DNA of 46,201 nucleotides from Burkholderiaceae bacterium. GTDB lineage: Bacteria; Pseudomonadota; Gammaproteobacteria; Burkholderiales; Burkholderiaceae_F. The DNA is taken from assembly GCA_041747615.1 (NCBI GenBank), contig JBGTEW010000047.1, positions 1 to 46,201 on the forward strand, written 5' to 3'. Below the pieces are notes generated by a model. The model saw nothing but the letters and a program-made list of their open reading frames with translations, searched no databases and was not told the origin of the DNA. A program made the position numbers and the translations under genes. This document shows, piece by piece, positions 7,622 to 16,218 of this stretch; within the stretch, counting starts at the first letter, position 1, and each line of letters begins with the position of its first letter.

Positions 7622-10600
7622 TCATACAATCGCCGCGCACAGCTTGGCAATCTCTTGCCGAAGCTCCGAGCCCGGCTCGGCACCCATTGCTGCCGCCGCC
7701 GTTTCAGCCGAGGCGAGCGCGGCACGAGCGGCGTCTAGGTCACCGCCAAGGGCCTCCATCCTCCCTCGAATGCAGCGGAATTTGGCGAGCTGCAGCCGGT
7801 CGCCAACCTTACGAAGGACCGCCTCACCCGACCGGAGCGTGTCGCCGGCGTCATCAACCCGCCCTTGCCCGATCAGTAGATTCGCCAGATTGCCGAGAAC
7901 TCTGCCCTCCTCGTTGAGGTTGCCCACCTGGCGGTGGATGCCAAGGGCGGCCTCGTAGTGGGCGCGTGCTTCCTCCAGTCGCCCCTGCTTGTAGAGCAAC
8001 AGGCCCAAATCACCAAGCACGTTGCCCTCGAAGCGTCGATTACCCACCTCGCGATGAATAGCGAGCGCCTGGTCGTAGTACTTTCGCGCACCCTCATAAT
8101 CTCCCTGCTCTTGATGCACGGTGCCCAAGTTGCCGATGACCACGCTCTCGAAGCGACGGTTACCCGCCTCGCGGTGGACGGCCAAGGCTTGAGCGTACTG
8201 AACTCGTGCGTCTTCCATCCGACCTTGTTCGCGGTGCAGCTCGCCGAGGTTGCCGAGGACTCTTCCCTCTTCGTTGCGATTGCCCACCTCGCGATGGATG
8301 GCGATAGCCGCGTCGAAATGCGCGCGTGCTTCTTCCAACGCGCCTTGCATTGTGCGTAGCAGACCAAGGTTGCCGAGAACGGTGCCTTCAAGGTGGCGAT
8401 CTTGGACTTCGCGGCTAATGGAAAGGGCAGCCTCGAAGTGTTCGCCTGCTTCCTCCATCCGGCCTTGTTCGCGCCGGAAGTTACCCAAGCTAACGAGGAC
8501 TTTTCGTTCCAGGCGCGTGCTGCGCAACTCGCGCGCGAGAACGAGCGCCTGCTCGAAGCATGTTTCTGCCTCCTCCATACAGCCGGCGCGTTGCGCGGCT
8601 AGTGCTTTGGTGAACAGCGCTGCGGAGCGCAGCGAAGAACCGACTCCGCAGATGGCGAGCAACTGCGCTCCGAGTTGGACGGCCAGCGCGTACGGCCCCT
8701 GCAGGTCCAGCACTTCCCACGATGCCCGGTACGCTGCTACGGCGATCTCTGCGTCACTGCGACGTACGGCGCGTCGGCTGGCAGCGATGAGATTGTCCAG
8801 CTCTAAAGCGAGCGAGCGTTGTCTTTTGACGCCGCCGTGGCGGCGCAGCGCCTCGAGTGCCTCATCTGTGCCGAAGCTAGCGAAGTATCGTCCGTGTCGC
8901 TCCTCGGCCGACCTTTCCGGCTCAAGCCCGCTCGCCTTGAGTTTTTCCGCGGCGTAGTCACGGATGCTGACGTACATCCCAAAATAAGGCTCTTCTATGA
9001 CGAAGCGGCCTTGCGCCGCGGGCACCCAAGTGCGGAGCAGGCTCTTATCGACGAGCGCCTGCACCACGTCCATGGCTGATGGGGCATCGGACCACGCAGA
9101 AAGATCGAGCACCGCCTCCGCCGCTTCCAGCGTGAAGCCGCCCTCGAACATCGAGCACTGGGCGAGTGCCGCCTGCTCCCAGGGGGTGAGCAGGTCCCAT
9201 GACCAGTCGATTGCGGCTCTGAGCGTGGCTTGGCGCGCCCCCGAGCCGCGGGCATCAGCGAGTAGACGGAAGCGGTCGCGCATTCTCTCAACAATCTGAG
9301 CTGGGGACAGTACCCGCACCCGTGCCGCTGCGAGCTCGATTGCGAGCGGCAGTCCATCGAGCAGACGAACTGCCTCTGTAACAGCTGCGCGGTTGGCGTC
9401 GCTAAGGACAAACTCCGGTCTTTGCGCGCGAGCGCGCGCGCTGAAGAGCTCGATGGCTTCCTTTTCTAAAGGCAGCGGCTCGATGGGCAAGATCTCCTCG
9501 CCCGACAAATGAAGCCGCTCGCGACTGGTGACGATAAAGGCTGCGTCGGCAGCGCGGTCGAGCCAGTGGCCGAGGGTGGTCGCGGCATATCCAAGGATCT
9601 GCTCGAAATTGTCGAGAATGAGCAGACAGTGCCCGCGGCCCGCAATCGCTTCGCCCAGTTGCACGCCAAGATCATCTTTGCCGAGAGGAACTTCAAGCGC
9701 GGAGGCGACAGCGAAGAAGATCCCATCGAGTGAGCGGGCCTCAGAAAGATCGCAAAAGTAGACGCCGCCGGCCCAGTCACCAAGCCACGTCCAGCCGTAG
9801 CGACGCACGAATCGCGTCTTTCCGGTGCCGCCCGGGCCGAGGACAGTGAGCAACCGAGCGCCAGCGTCCAGCCGAGCAGCGAGCGTGCGCAACTCTGCTG
9901 TTCGGCCGACGAACGCATCGCGCTCGCCAGGAAGGTTGTGACGTACCTCGCGCACCGGGCGCCAGAGGTCGCCCGTCCGGACCACGCGGTACGCCTTGTC
10001 CGCGTCCGGCGGCGGGGAGAATGGAGCCAATCCACGCACGCCCAACTCGAAGATCTCGACGGGTGCGTCGAGTCCTTTCAGTCGGTAATGCCCGTGAGCT
10101 TCGATCTCTGCATCCTCCGGAAGTACATCGCCGAGCGCCGTCCGCGCAGCGGCGGTTAGGAGCGTCTGCCCACCGCACGCCAGCGCCATAACGCGGGCAG
10201 CGAGCGGTTTGGCAAGGCCCTCGACCTCCGTCTGCTTGGCGCCGCGAGCAATGTCGTCAGGAACGTTCTCGTGCAGTGTGACCGGGCCTACGTGAAGCCC
10301 CGCGCGGGCGTGAAGCGCGATCTTTGCAAGTGCCTCGTGATATGCAAGCGCGAAGCGAGCTGCGTCAGCTGGGTCGTCGAACAGTAGGAAAAATCCATCC
10401 GTGCGATCGATCTCGCGCCCACAATGTTGGGCGAGCAGGTCGCGCGCGCTGCGGTCATGCGCGGCCCACGCCTCCGCGCTACGTTCATCGCCCAACCGCT
10501 CAACCAATAGCGTGCTATCAACAACGTCAGTGAAGAGAAGGCCGCGTTGAGTTACTTGCCGCACGCTGTAATCAACTCGCGGGCGCGTGAACACAGCCAA
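7622..10600 (-). CDS. class-III adenylate/guanylate-cyclase domain + STAND P-loop NTPase + TPR-repeat protein (992 aa)
   Basis: aa 20-190 are cyclase-like (LLFTDVVDST, RTDGFFLLF, RAGLHVGPV, LAARV...GGQTLLT). Walker A LGPGGTGKT is at nt 9815..9838, followed by LLILDNFEQ (Walker B-like). aa ~620-960 hold about 8 TPR_12-type 40-aa repeats (LGNLG...G..eeA...y..AL.I.RE.G.R). The start is TTG 10600 or GTG 10594. Confidence 0.85.
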   Translation of the reverse strand: MAVFTRPRVDYSVRQVTQRGLLFTDVVDSTLLVERLGDERSAEAWAAHDRSARDLLAQHCGREIDRTDGFFLLFDDPADAARFALAYHEALAKIALHARAGLHVGPVTLHENVPDDIARGAKQTEVEGLAKPLAARVMALACGGQTLLTAAARTALGDVLPEDAEIEAHGHYRLKGLDAPVEIFELGVRGLAPFSPPPDADKAYRVVRTGDLWRPVREVRHNLPGERDAFVGRTAELRTLAARLDAGARLLTVLGPGGTGKTRFVRRYGWTWLGDWAGGVYFCDLSEARSLDGIFFAVASALEVPLGKDDLGVQLGEAIAGRGHCLLILDNFEQILGYAATTLGHWLDRAADAAFIVTSRERLHLSGEEILPIEPLPLEKEAIELFSARARAQRPEFVLSDANRAAVTEAVRLLDGLPLAIELAAARVRVLSPAQIVERMRDRFRLLADARGSGARQATLRAAIDWSWDLLTPWEQAALAQCSMFEGGFTLEAAEAVLDLSAWSDAPSAMDVVQALVDKSLLRTWVPAAQGRFVIEEPYFGMYVSIRDYAAEKLKASGLEPERSAEERHGRYFASFGTDEALEALRRHGGVKRQRSLALELDNLIAASRRAVRRSDAEIAVAAYRASWEVLDLQGPYALAVQLGAQLLAICGVGSSLRSAALFTKALAAQRAGCMEEAETCFEQALVLARELRSTRLERKVLVSLGNFRREQGRMEEAGEHFEAALSISREVQDRHLEGTVLGNLGLLRTMQGALEEARAHFDAAIAIHREVGNRNEEGRVLGNLGELHREQGRMEDARVQYAQALAVHREAGNRRFESVVIGNLGTVHQEQGDYEGARKYYDQALAIHREVGNRRFEGNVLGDLGLLLYKQGRLEEARAHYEAALGIHRQVGNLNEEGRVLGNLANLLIGQGRVDDAGDTLRSGEAVLRKVGDRLQLAKFRCIRGRMEALGGDLDAARAALASAETAAAAMGAEPGSELRQEIAKLCAAIV

Positions 10601-10760
10601 TTACGTTGCGGGTTTCCGCGAACCAGTTGAAGCATATCGAGTAGTTATCAACTAGGTGCCTCAATGACATTGTGTCGGTTTCTGGATCTCTGGGGAAGGC
10701 ACCCCGATGTCCGCTGCTGGCCGTTAGCTGTAATTGGCGTGGTGACGGAGCAGCGCGATA

Positions 10761-12665
10761 TCACGACGCACGCTCGAGCGCCTCGATTTCGTCCATGATG
10801 CGTTCCATGCGCCGCACCAGCGCCTGATACGGTGCAGGCTGGCCGAGATCAACGCCGGCGCGTCTATAGATCTCGTACGCGTGATCTGACCCGCCCGCTT
10901 TCAGCATCGTCAGGAATGGTTCGCGGCCTGGAGCGCCTTCGCGCTGGATGTTGTCAGCGAACTGCGCGGCTCCCGCCATCGACGTCGCGTACTGCCACAC
11001 GTAGTGGCCGAAGTAAAAGTGCGGGATGTAAGCCCACTCGTTACAATATAGTGGGTCGATCATCATCACGCCCTGCGCTTCGCCGTAGTAGCGCTTGAGC
11101 AGCGTGCAATAGCGTTCGCTGAGTAGTGCACCCGATAGCGCCTGGCCTCGTTCGCGCGACTCATTTATTTCAAGCTGGAACTCTGCAAACATCACCTGCC
11201 GAAAGAACGTGGTACGGATCGCCTCCAGCTGTGCGCCGAGATAGAACAGCTTCTGCTCGCGCGTCTTCGCATTGCGGACCATGTAGTCGCCGAGCAGCAT
11301 CTCGTTGGCGATCGATGCGGACTCGGCAATGAAGGTCGAATAGCGTGCCTTCTCGTACGGCTGGTTGGCGTTCGCAAGTACTGTGTGAACCGCGTGACCC
11401 CACTCGTGCGCGAGCGTCGACAGCGACTCGAAGTCGTCGTTGTGGTTTAGCAGAACGTAAGGGTGGACGTCGTACGCGCCGCCCGACACGTAGGCGCCAG
11501 AAGCTTTGCCGGGGCGCGGGTACGGATCAGACCAACTCGCCCCGAATCCCCGTTTGAGCAGCGACACGTACTCGTCGCCCATTGGCGCCAGCGCGGCAAG
11601 CGTGATCCGCTGCGACTCTTCTAGCGAAAAACGCAGCGGCTTGGAGAGTTTGAAGAGCGACGGATAGTTGTCGTAGTACGCGAGTTCGTCCTGGATCCCG
11701 AGCAGTCGCTTGCGCAGCCTTAGGTAGCGATGCAGCGTCGGCAAACCGGCATTTGCCTGTGCGACCAGGGTCCGATACACGCGCTCGGGCATTTTGTCTT
11801 TGAACAGCGCTTCCTGCAACGAGTTGTCGAAGCGTCGTGCACGCGCCGAGAACACGTTGCCCATAACCTGCGTAGTCAGCGCCGCACCAAGCGTGCCCTG
11901 ATAGCTCTTGAACGTAGTCCAGAACGCGTCGAATACCAGCTTCCGCTGTGCCCTTTGGTCCGAACTGCGGTATTTCCCGTACTCCGACTGATTCAGGCGC
12001 ACCTTCTTGCCGTCAATCTCGATCGTTGGATACGGCATTTCCGCGTCGACGAGTTGCCGGTACACATTGTTCGGCTGCGCTAGCACGTCGCCGGTTGAAG
12101 CCAACACCGATTCCGCTTCGAGCCCAAGCGTGTGGGGCGTGAAGCGAAGCGTCTCGGAGAGGAAGAAGTCAAAGCGTTGCTTTAGCGCCGTGGACTGGGC
12201 AAGTAAGGCGCTGACCTTCGCCTGCCCCAGGTTTTGGATCTCTGGCGCTACCCAGGCTGTTTTCTCTGACAACTGAGTGAATAGTGAACGAGCCTGCTGC
12301 CTGCGCTCTTGATTCGGTGCGATGCGAACATCCTCGTCCGACAACAGGGCCGCGTAGGTGAACAGCCGCGCGACTTCGCGGCGCGTGTCGCTGATCGCCG
12401 CCAGCGCAGTGAACATCGTTTCGGCGCTAGTGCCGAGCGTGCCTTTGTAACGATCCAGCGACCCGATGGCGGCGCGGGTGCGATCGTGCGAGGCGATCCA
12501 TGCTTCGGGCGTGGAATAGATGTCACGCAGATTCCACTGAGCTCCAGACTCCGCGCCGGCGACGGTAGCCGGCAGGGCGCCCAGCAGTATCAGTGAGCCG
12601 ATCCCCGTGGCTGCGAGTGCCCGAAAGCTGTCGCTACGGCCGCGGCAGGGGAGATAGAGATGCAT
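10761..12665 (-). CDS. M3-family oligoendopeptidase (PepF-like), secreted
   Basis: Zinc motif HEWGHAVH with M3B-like sequence throughout. A signal peptide follows MHLYLP...LILLGALPATVAGA. I prefer ATG 12665; the track gives 12707. Confidence 0.8.
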   Translation of the reverse strand: MHLYLPCRGRSDSFRALAATGIGSLILLGALPATVAGAESGAQWNLRDIYSTPEAWIASHDRTRAAIGSLDRYKGTLGTSAETMFTALAAISDTRREVARLFTYAALLSDEDVRIAPNQERRQQARSLFTQLSEKTAWVAPEIQNLGQAKVSALLAQSTALKQRFDFFLSETLRFTPHTLGLEAESVLASTGDVLAQPNNVYRQLVDAEMPYPTIEIDGKKVRLNQSEYGKYRSSDQRAQRKLVFDAFWTTFKSYQGTLGAALTTQVMGNVFSARARRFDNSLQEALFKDKMPERVYRTLVAQANAGLPTLHRYLRLRKRLLGIQDELAYYDNYPSLFKLSKPLRFSLEESQRITLAALAPMGDEYVSLLKRGFGASWSDPYPRPGKASGAYVSGGAYDVHPYVLLNHNDDFESLSTLAHEWGHAVHTVLANANQPYEKARYSTFIAESASIANEMLLGDYMVRNAKTREQKLFYLGAQLEAIRTTFFRQVMFAEFQLEINESRERGQALSGALLSERYCTLLKRYYGEAQGVMMIDPLYCNEWAYIPHFYFGHYVWQYATSMAGAAQFADNIQREGAPGREPFLTMLKAGGSDHAYEIYRRAGVDLGQPAPYQALVRRMERIMDEIEALERAS

Positions 12666-12990
12666 GGAGGTGTCCTTTCGATGAGAGGCCGGCACGGCTA
12701 GAGGCAAACGATTTGGCAGGATGGCGCAAAGATTCCAAGGGATGCAAATCCGTTCCCAGACGAGTCAGCTTGTCACATCCTGCGCCAGTGCACAGCAATT
12801 AGTCTTGATGAGAACGGCCAGAGTGCTTGCACGGACGTTCGGAGTGGACACCAGACGCGATCTTGCAGAAGAGGCGCAGCTTCATTGGATGTTAGGCATG
12901 CAGCGATGATGTCTGCTTTCAGGCAAATTGGACAGCGACTGTCGACGGCCGCTCATGGCCGACAGCTGTCGAGTCAACTCGCGCTGCGAG

Positions 12991-13983
12991 CTACCTGATC
13001 GTCCAAATGAACGACGCGATCGTCACTACGACGGCGACGATGGCAAGCAGCTTGTAGAGGGCGCTAGCTTCGAACCTCTTGGTTGCTCCGCCGACGGACT
13101 CGCCTAGCTTGTGGAAACCTTGCGAAACAGGGTTTGCCGGAGCGACGCCGAGGAAATTGCAGATCTCGCGAACGGCGACGCCCATGGCCTCGTCCTGCGG
13201 GAGAATGACGTGATTGGCGCCCGGCAGTGGAATGAACTTGGCGCCGGGCGTATGGGCCGCTATCAGACGGCCCTCCTCGAACGGTACTCGGTGGTCCCCG
13301 CGAACATGCATTACGAGAGTCGGGACACGCAACTCGTTCACAAGGTCAGCGACATTGATTTCGGTGTGGATGGCCGTAAACATCCGCTCGGCCACGTCAG
13401 GTGCGACAGAAAGCCGCTCGAGTTCGTTCCAGTTCCGCTGCTGCTCTATTGTCGCCGAGGGCATCATCTGAGTCGTGAATATGGCCCGAAACGAAGGATC
13501 GTCACTACCCCAGCCACGACGAATAAGGGCGCGCATGGCGTTGACGATCTCCTCGCCCTGGCCCACGCCTTGACGGAACGCGGCGCCGCGTACCAGTGCG
13601 TTCAGCAAGACCAGGTGTGATACCCGCTCGGGGTGCGCCAGTGCGTAGAGAACGCTGACCGCGCCGCCCTGCGAGATGCCGAGCAGGGAGAATCGGTCAA
13701 GGTCTAAAGCATCGATTACGGCTTCAAGGTCCCGGACGAGCGTCGCGGTTGAGATCTCGGACGGGAATCGGTCTGACAGCCCCGTGCCCCGTACGTCATA
13801 TCGGACAAGGCGGAATCGCTTCTGGAGGTGACCGAGGAATGCGCTCCAACCAGACAGGTCCCAGTCGTGCTGTAGATGCGTGTACCAGTTCCCGGCTCGA
13901 ACAAGAACGGGACCGGAGCCCGACACGGCGTATGCGAGGCGCACGCCGTCTGTTGTAGTGCAGAAGCTGATTTGCTGATCCAT
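12991..13983 (-). CDS. alpha/beta-fold hydrolase with a C-terminal TM anchor
   Basis: Nucleophile elbow GISQGG, with HP-loop and catalytic-His context (GANHVILPQD). The C-terminus is hydrophobic: LYKLLAIVAVVVTIASFIWTI. Confidence 0.75.
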   Translation of the reverse strand: MDQQISFCTTTDGVRLAYAVSGSGPVLVRAGNWYTHLQHDWDLSGWSAFLGHLQKRFRLVRYDVRGTGLSDRFPSEISTATLVRDLEAVIDALDLDRFSLLGISQGGAVSVLYALAHPERVSHLVLLNALVRGAAFRQGVGQGEEIVNAMRALIRRGWGSDDPSFRAIFTTQMMPSATIEQQRNWNELERLSVAPDVAERMFTAIHTEINVADLVNELRVPTLVMHVRGDHRVPFEEGRLIAAHTPGAKFIPLPGANHVILPQDEAMGVAVREICNFLGVAPANPVSQGFHKLGESVGGATKRFEASALYKLLAIVAVVVTIASFIWTIR

Positions 13984-14152
13984 GCGCCCCCACCCAAAGT
14001 GACGCCGTCAGAGCGACTTAATCACGCGGACTCAGTTGCATTCCCTGTCCGCTTCGAGGCGATTCTCGCCGAGCTGAGGCAGGACCGCAATTGGCCGTGT
14101 GCTGACATTACAACTGGCGCGATACACAGTTGAGATGAACGCGATGTGATTT

Positions 14153-14181
14153 GCGCACACAAAACCCGCCTCGCGTGCGGG
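14153..14181 (-). terminator. rho-independent terminator of the PEP-CTERM gene
   Basis: The minus strand reads CCCGCacgcgagGCGGG followed by TTTTGTGTG, 20 nt after the stop at 14202. Confidence 0.6.
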
Positions 14182-14201
14182 TCGTTCTGGTGATTGGGCG
14201 A

Positions 14202-14825
14202 CTATTGCTTACGGCGGCGGATTGCGGCGAGGCTAGCGAGACCGATGCTAAGAACAGCGAGGCTCGTAGGTTCAGGCACGGGAAACGGCCCTGGTCCTGG
14301 GAAGCAGCCACCGGTAGATCCCCCACCCGGGAATTCAGAGCACTTCACTTCCCAATTGCCTGAGAAAGTCGGGGTCGCGAGCATCAAACGATCAGCGGTC
14401 GCATCGAAGATCTGCAGCTGCGTCCCAAAACTATAAAAACCCTCAGCCGCGTCGTCTATCGGGGTGTAGGTCCCAAATATAAAGTCCTTCTCTTGCCCGG
14501 GCAGTAGCACACCGGCAATCTGACCGTCAAAGACTGCCTCGAAGGGATCGTTCCCGAAATAGAACGAGTAGCCATCAGGAATGCTGGCCTGGCCGCCAAA
14601 CGAATAGGTGAACTCGTTCCCAATGCAGGGACCTTCGCAAATAGTTACCGTCTGGGTGGTGGACGTATTTGTAACCGAGATGACGATCTCGATATTCTCG
14701 TTCGGTCGGAACGGACCAAATGGGAAGTTATCCGAGAAGCTCGTGCTGAGGAGCAGTGCGGCTTGAGCGCTTGTTGCGAAAAATGCTCCAGCAGCCATGA
14801 GGCCAAGCCTTCTAATTGCATACAT
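14202..14825 (-). CDS. PEP-CTERM sorting-domain secreted protein
   Basis: Signal peptide MYAIRRLGLMAAGAFFATSAQA. The C-terminus VPEPTSLAVLSIGLASLAAIRRRKQ has the PEP motif, a TM span and a basic tail. Confidence 0.85.
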   Translation of the reverse strand: MYAIRRLGLMAAGAFFATSAQAALLLSTSFSDNFPFGPFRPNENIEIVISVTNTSTTQTVTICEGPCIGNEFTYSFGGQASIPDGYSFYFGNDPFEAVFDGQIAGVLLPGQEKDFIFGTYTPIDDAAEGFYSFGTQLQIFDATADRLMLATPTFSGNWEVKCSEFPGGGSTGGCFPGPGPFPVPEPTSLAVLSIGLASLAAIRRRKQ

Positions 14826-14910
14826 CTCGGTGTCCCCGCGTTTCGTTTATGCCGCTATTTGCGCCGACAAACCCAGCGACAAAAGAATCGGCATCGTCTT
14901 ACGAAAATAA

Positions 14911-14980
14911 TTGGCTGCAACGGGTCCCATCCGTTCATCGTCGATGAGTCGCACCCCCCATGCGGGATGGAGATCGAGTG
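14911..14980 (+). repeat. structured repeat family, copy C1
   Basis: ttggctgcaacGGGTCCCATCCgTTCATCGtCGATGAGTCGCAcccccccaTGCGGGATGGAGATCgag. It shares the blocks GTCCCATC, GAGTCGCAC, a C-run and GGATG(A/G)G with C2 and C3. Confidence 0.55.
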
Positions 14981-15118
14981 TATTTGAAGAGCAAACCCAA
15001 TTGCTTTTGCAAAGAGCCTAGTCATTTGATCTTCCCGAGTCGTCGCTAATTATTCTGAATCAAAACGCTGGCCAACGGGAGGCCGCTCGTCGCCGCGAAT
15101 CGAACGGATGATGGAAGT

Positions 15119-15205
15119 GTTGCCCTCAATGGGTCCCATCTACGCATCGCCAAAGAGTCGCACTAATGTCTATGTGAACTCGACCTGGGGGTGGATGAGG
15201 CTCAC
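15119..15205 (+). repeat. structured repeat family, copy C2
   Basis: gttgccctcaatGGGTCCCATCtacgcatcgccaaaGAGTCGCACtaatgtctatGTGaactCGACctggGGGTGGATGAGGCTCAcg. It ends about 100 nt upstream of the PPase-like gene. Confidence 0.55.
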
Positions 15206-15306
15206 GTGGAACTCATAAACAAGCAATACCGCGAGTCTCGCTGCTTCGCCACGACTAGCTCGGGGTGCTCACCAGTTATCAATTCGCTATCAGCGTAGGC
15301 TGACCT

Positions 15307-15816
15307 GTGATCCAAGCTATTCAAAGGCAATTCTGTGAGCAAGCTGTGCTCGACATTCCCGAAGTCGATGTGGTCATAGAAGTTCCGAAGGGCTCCTTTC
15401 TAAAACGTGGGTCCTCGGGCCACATCGATTTCATCTCACCGTTGCCGTGTCCATTCAACTACGGTTCGGTACCGAAGTATTTAGGACTGGAGGGCGACCT
15501 TCTGGACGCGGTGGTACTCGGTCCCCGCTTGCCGCTCGGGGCTTCGTTGCGAGTCATGGCCTGGGGAGCCGTGGCTTTGGTGGATCGCGGTATGACCGAC
15601 CACAAGCTAGTTTGCAGCGAACTTCCGGTAGGGGTTAGAGAGCGTAGGAGGCTGCTACGGTTCTTCGCCTTTTATGCGAAATGCAAGTGGTTGCTGAATG
15701 TAGTGCGACGCCAGCCGGGCCGGAATGCGTGCGACGGGTGGTTGGACGCCTCGCAAGCACTGAGTTGCGCTCAGCCGAGAGATGACACTTGGCGCGGGCC
15801 ATCGGTCCCGTTCTGA
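15307..15816 (+). CDS. family-I inorganic-pyrophosphatase-like protein (169 aa)
   Basis: VVIEVPKGS...PFNYGSVP...EGDLLDAVVL...VDRGMTDHKLV...FYAK aligns by eye to E. coli Ppa (VVIEIPAN...PCNYGYI...DGDPVDVLV...MTDEAGEDAKLV...HYK). The GTG start at 15307 is uncertain. Confidence 0.65.
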   Translation: MIQAIQRQFCEQAVLDIPEVDVVIEVPKGSFLKRGSSGHIDFISPLPCPFNYGSVPKYLGLEGDLLDAVVLGPRLPLGASLRVMAWGAVALVDRGMTDHKLVCSELPVGVRERRRLLRFFAFYAKCKWLLNVVRRQPGRNACDGWLDASQALSCAQPRDDTWRGPSVPF

Positions 15817-15834
15817 TACGACTGCATGGAGGTC

Positions 15835-15920
15835 TTTTGCCTAATGCGTCCCATCCGTGTCGGATACGTCACCCCCCCCGTGCGCAATGGAAATTGACCC
15901 GAAGGTGGATGAGGCTCAGG
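15835..15920 (+). repeat. structured repeat family, copy C3
   Basis: ttttgcctaatGCGTCCCATCCGtgtCGGATacGTCACccccccccGTGcgcaatggaaattgacccgaaGGTGGATGAGGCTCAgg. It starts 19 nt after the PPase-like stop and lies about 300 nt upstream of the 763-aa gene. Confidence 0.55.
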
Positions 15921-16218
15921 CTGGAGTCTCACGCGCGACGATGCCCGAATCAGCGTTGAACTAATCGACTAGGCACTCAGTGTCTGCTTGCGGACCCCAA
16001 GCGGCAGTTCACCATTGTCCGCTATCGGGCATCCGAACGCTCCGTGATCTCGCACGACGATGCCCGCCCACCGCAGGGAGGACGCCCTTAGTTTGAGCCG
16101 GAGAAGGCAAGTTTGATCCGACGCGACCGTCGCGCAGCTGGCCAGTCCGCGCCAACAGGATCCGGCTGATAGCATCGCAGCTCCCGACCCCACGCTTCTA
16201 CTACCGAGGAAGCACCCG

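Noticed and set aside
10761-13983. The idea that the M3 peptidase and the TM-anchored alpha/beta hydrolase form one system with the downstream cyclase-STAND-TPR gene.
   Set aside because: They are on the same strand, but the intergenic gaps are about 160 nt and 280-320 nt, the latter containing a hairpin or palindromic repeat. Nothing in the sequences links them functionally, so I left them as independent genes.
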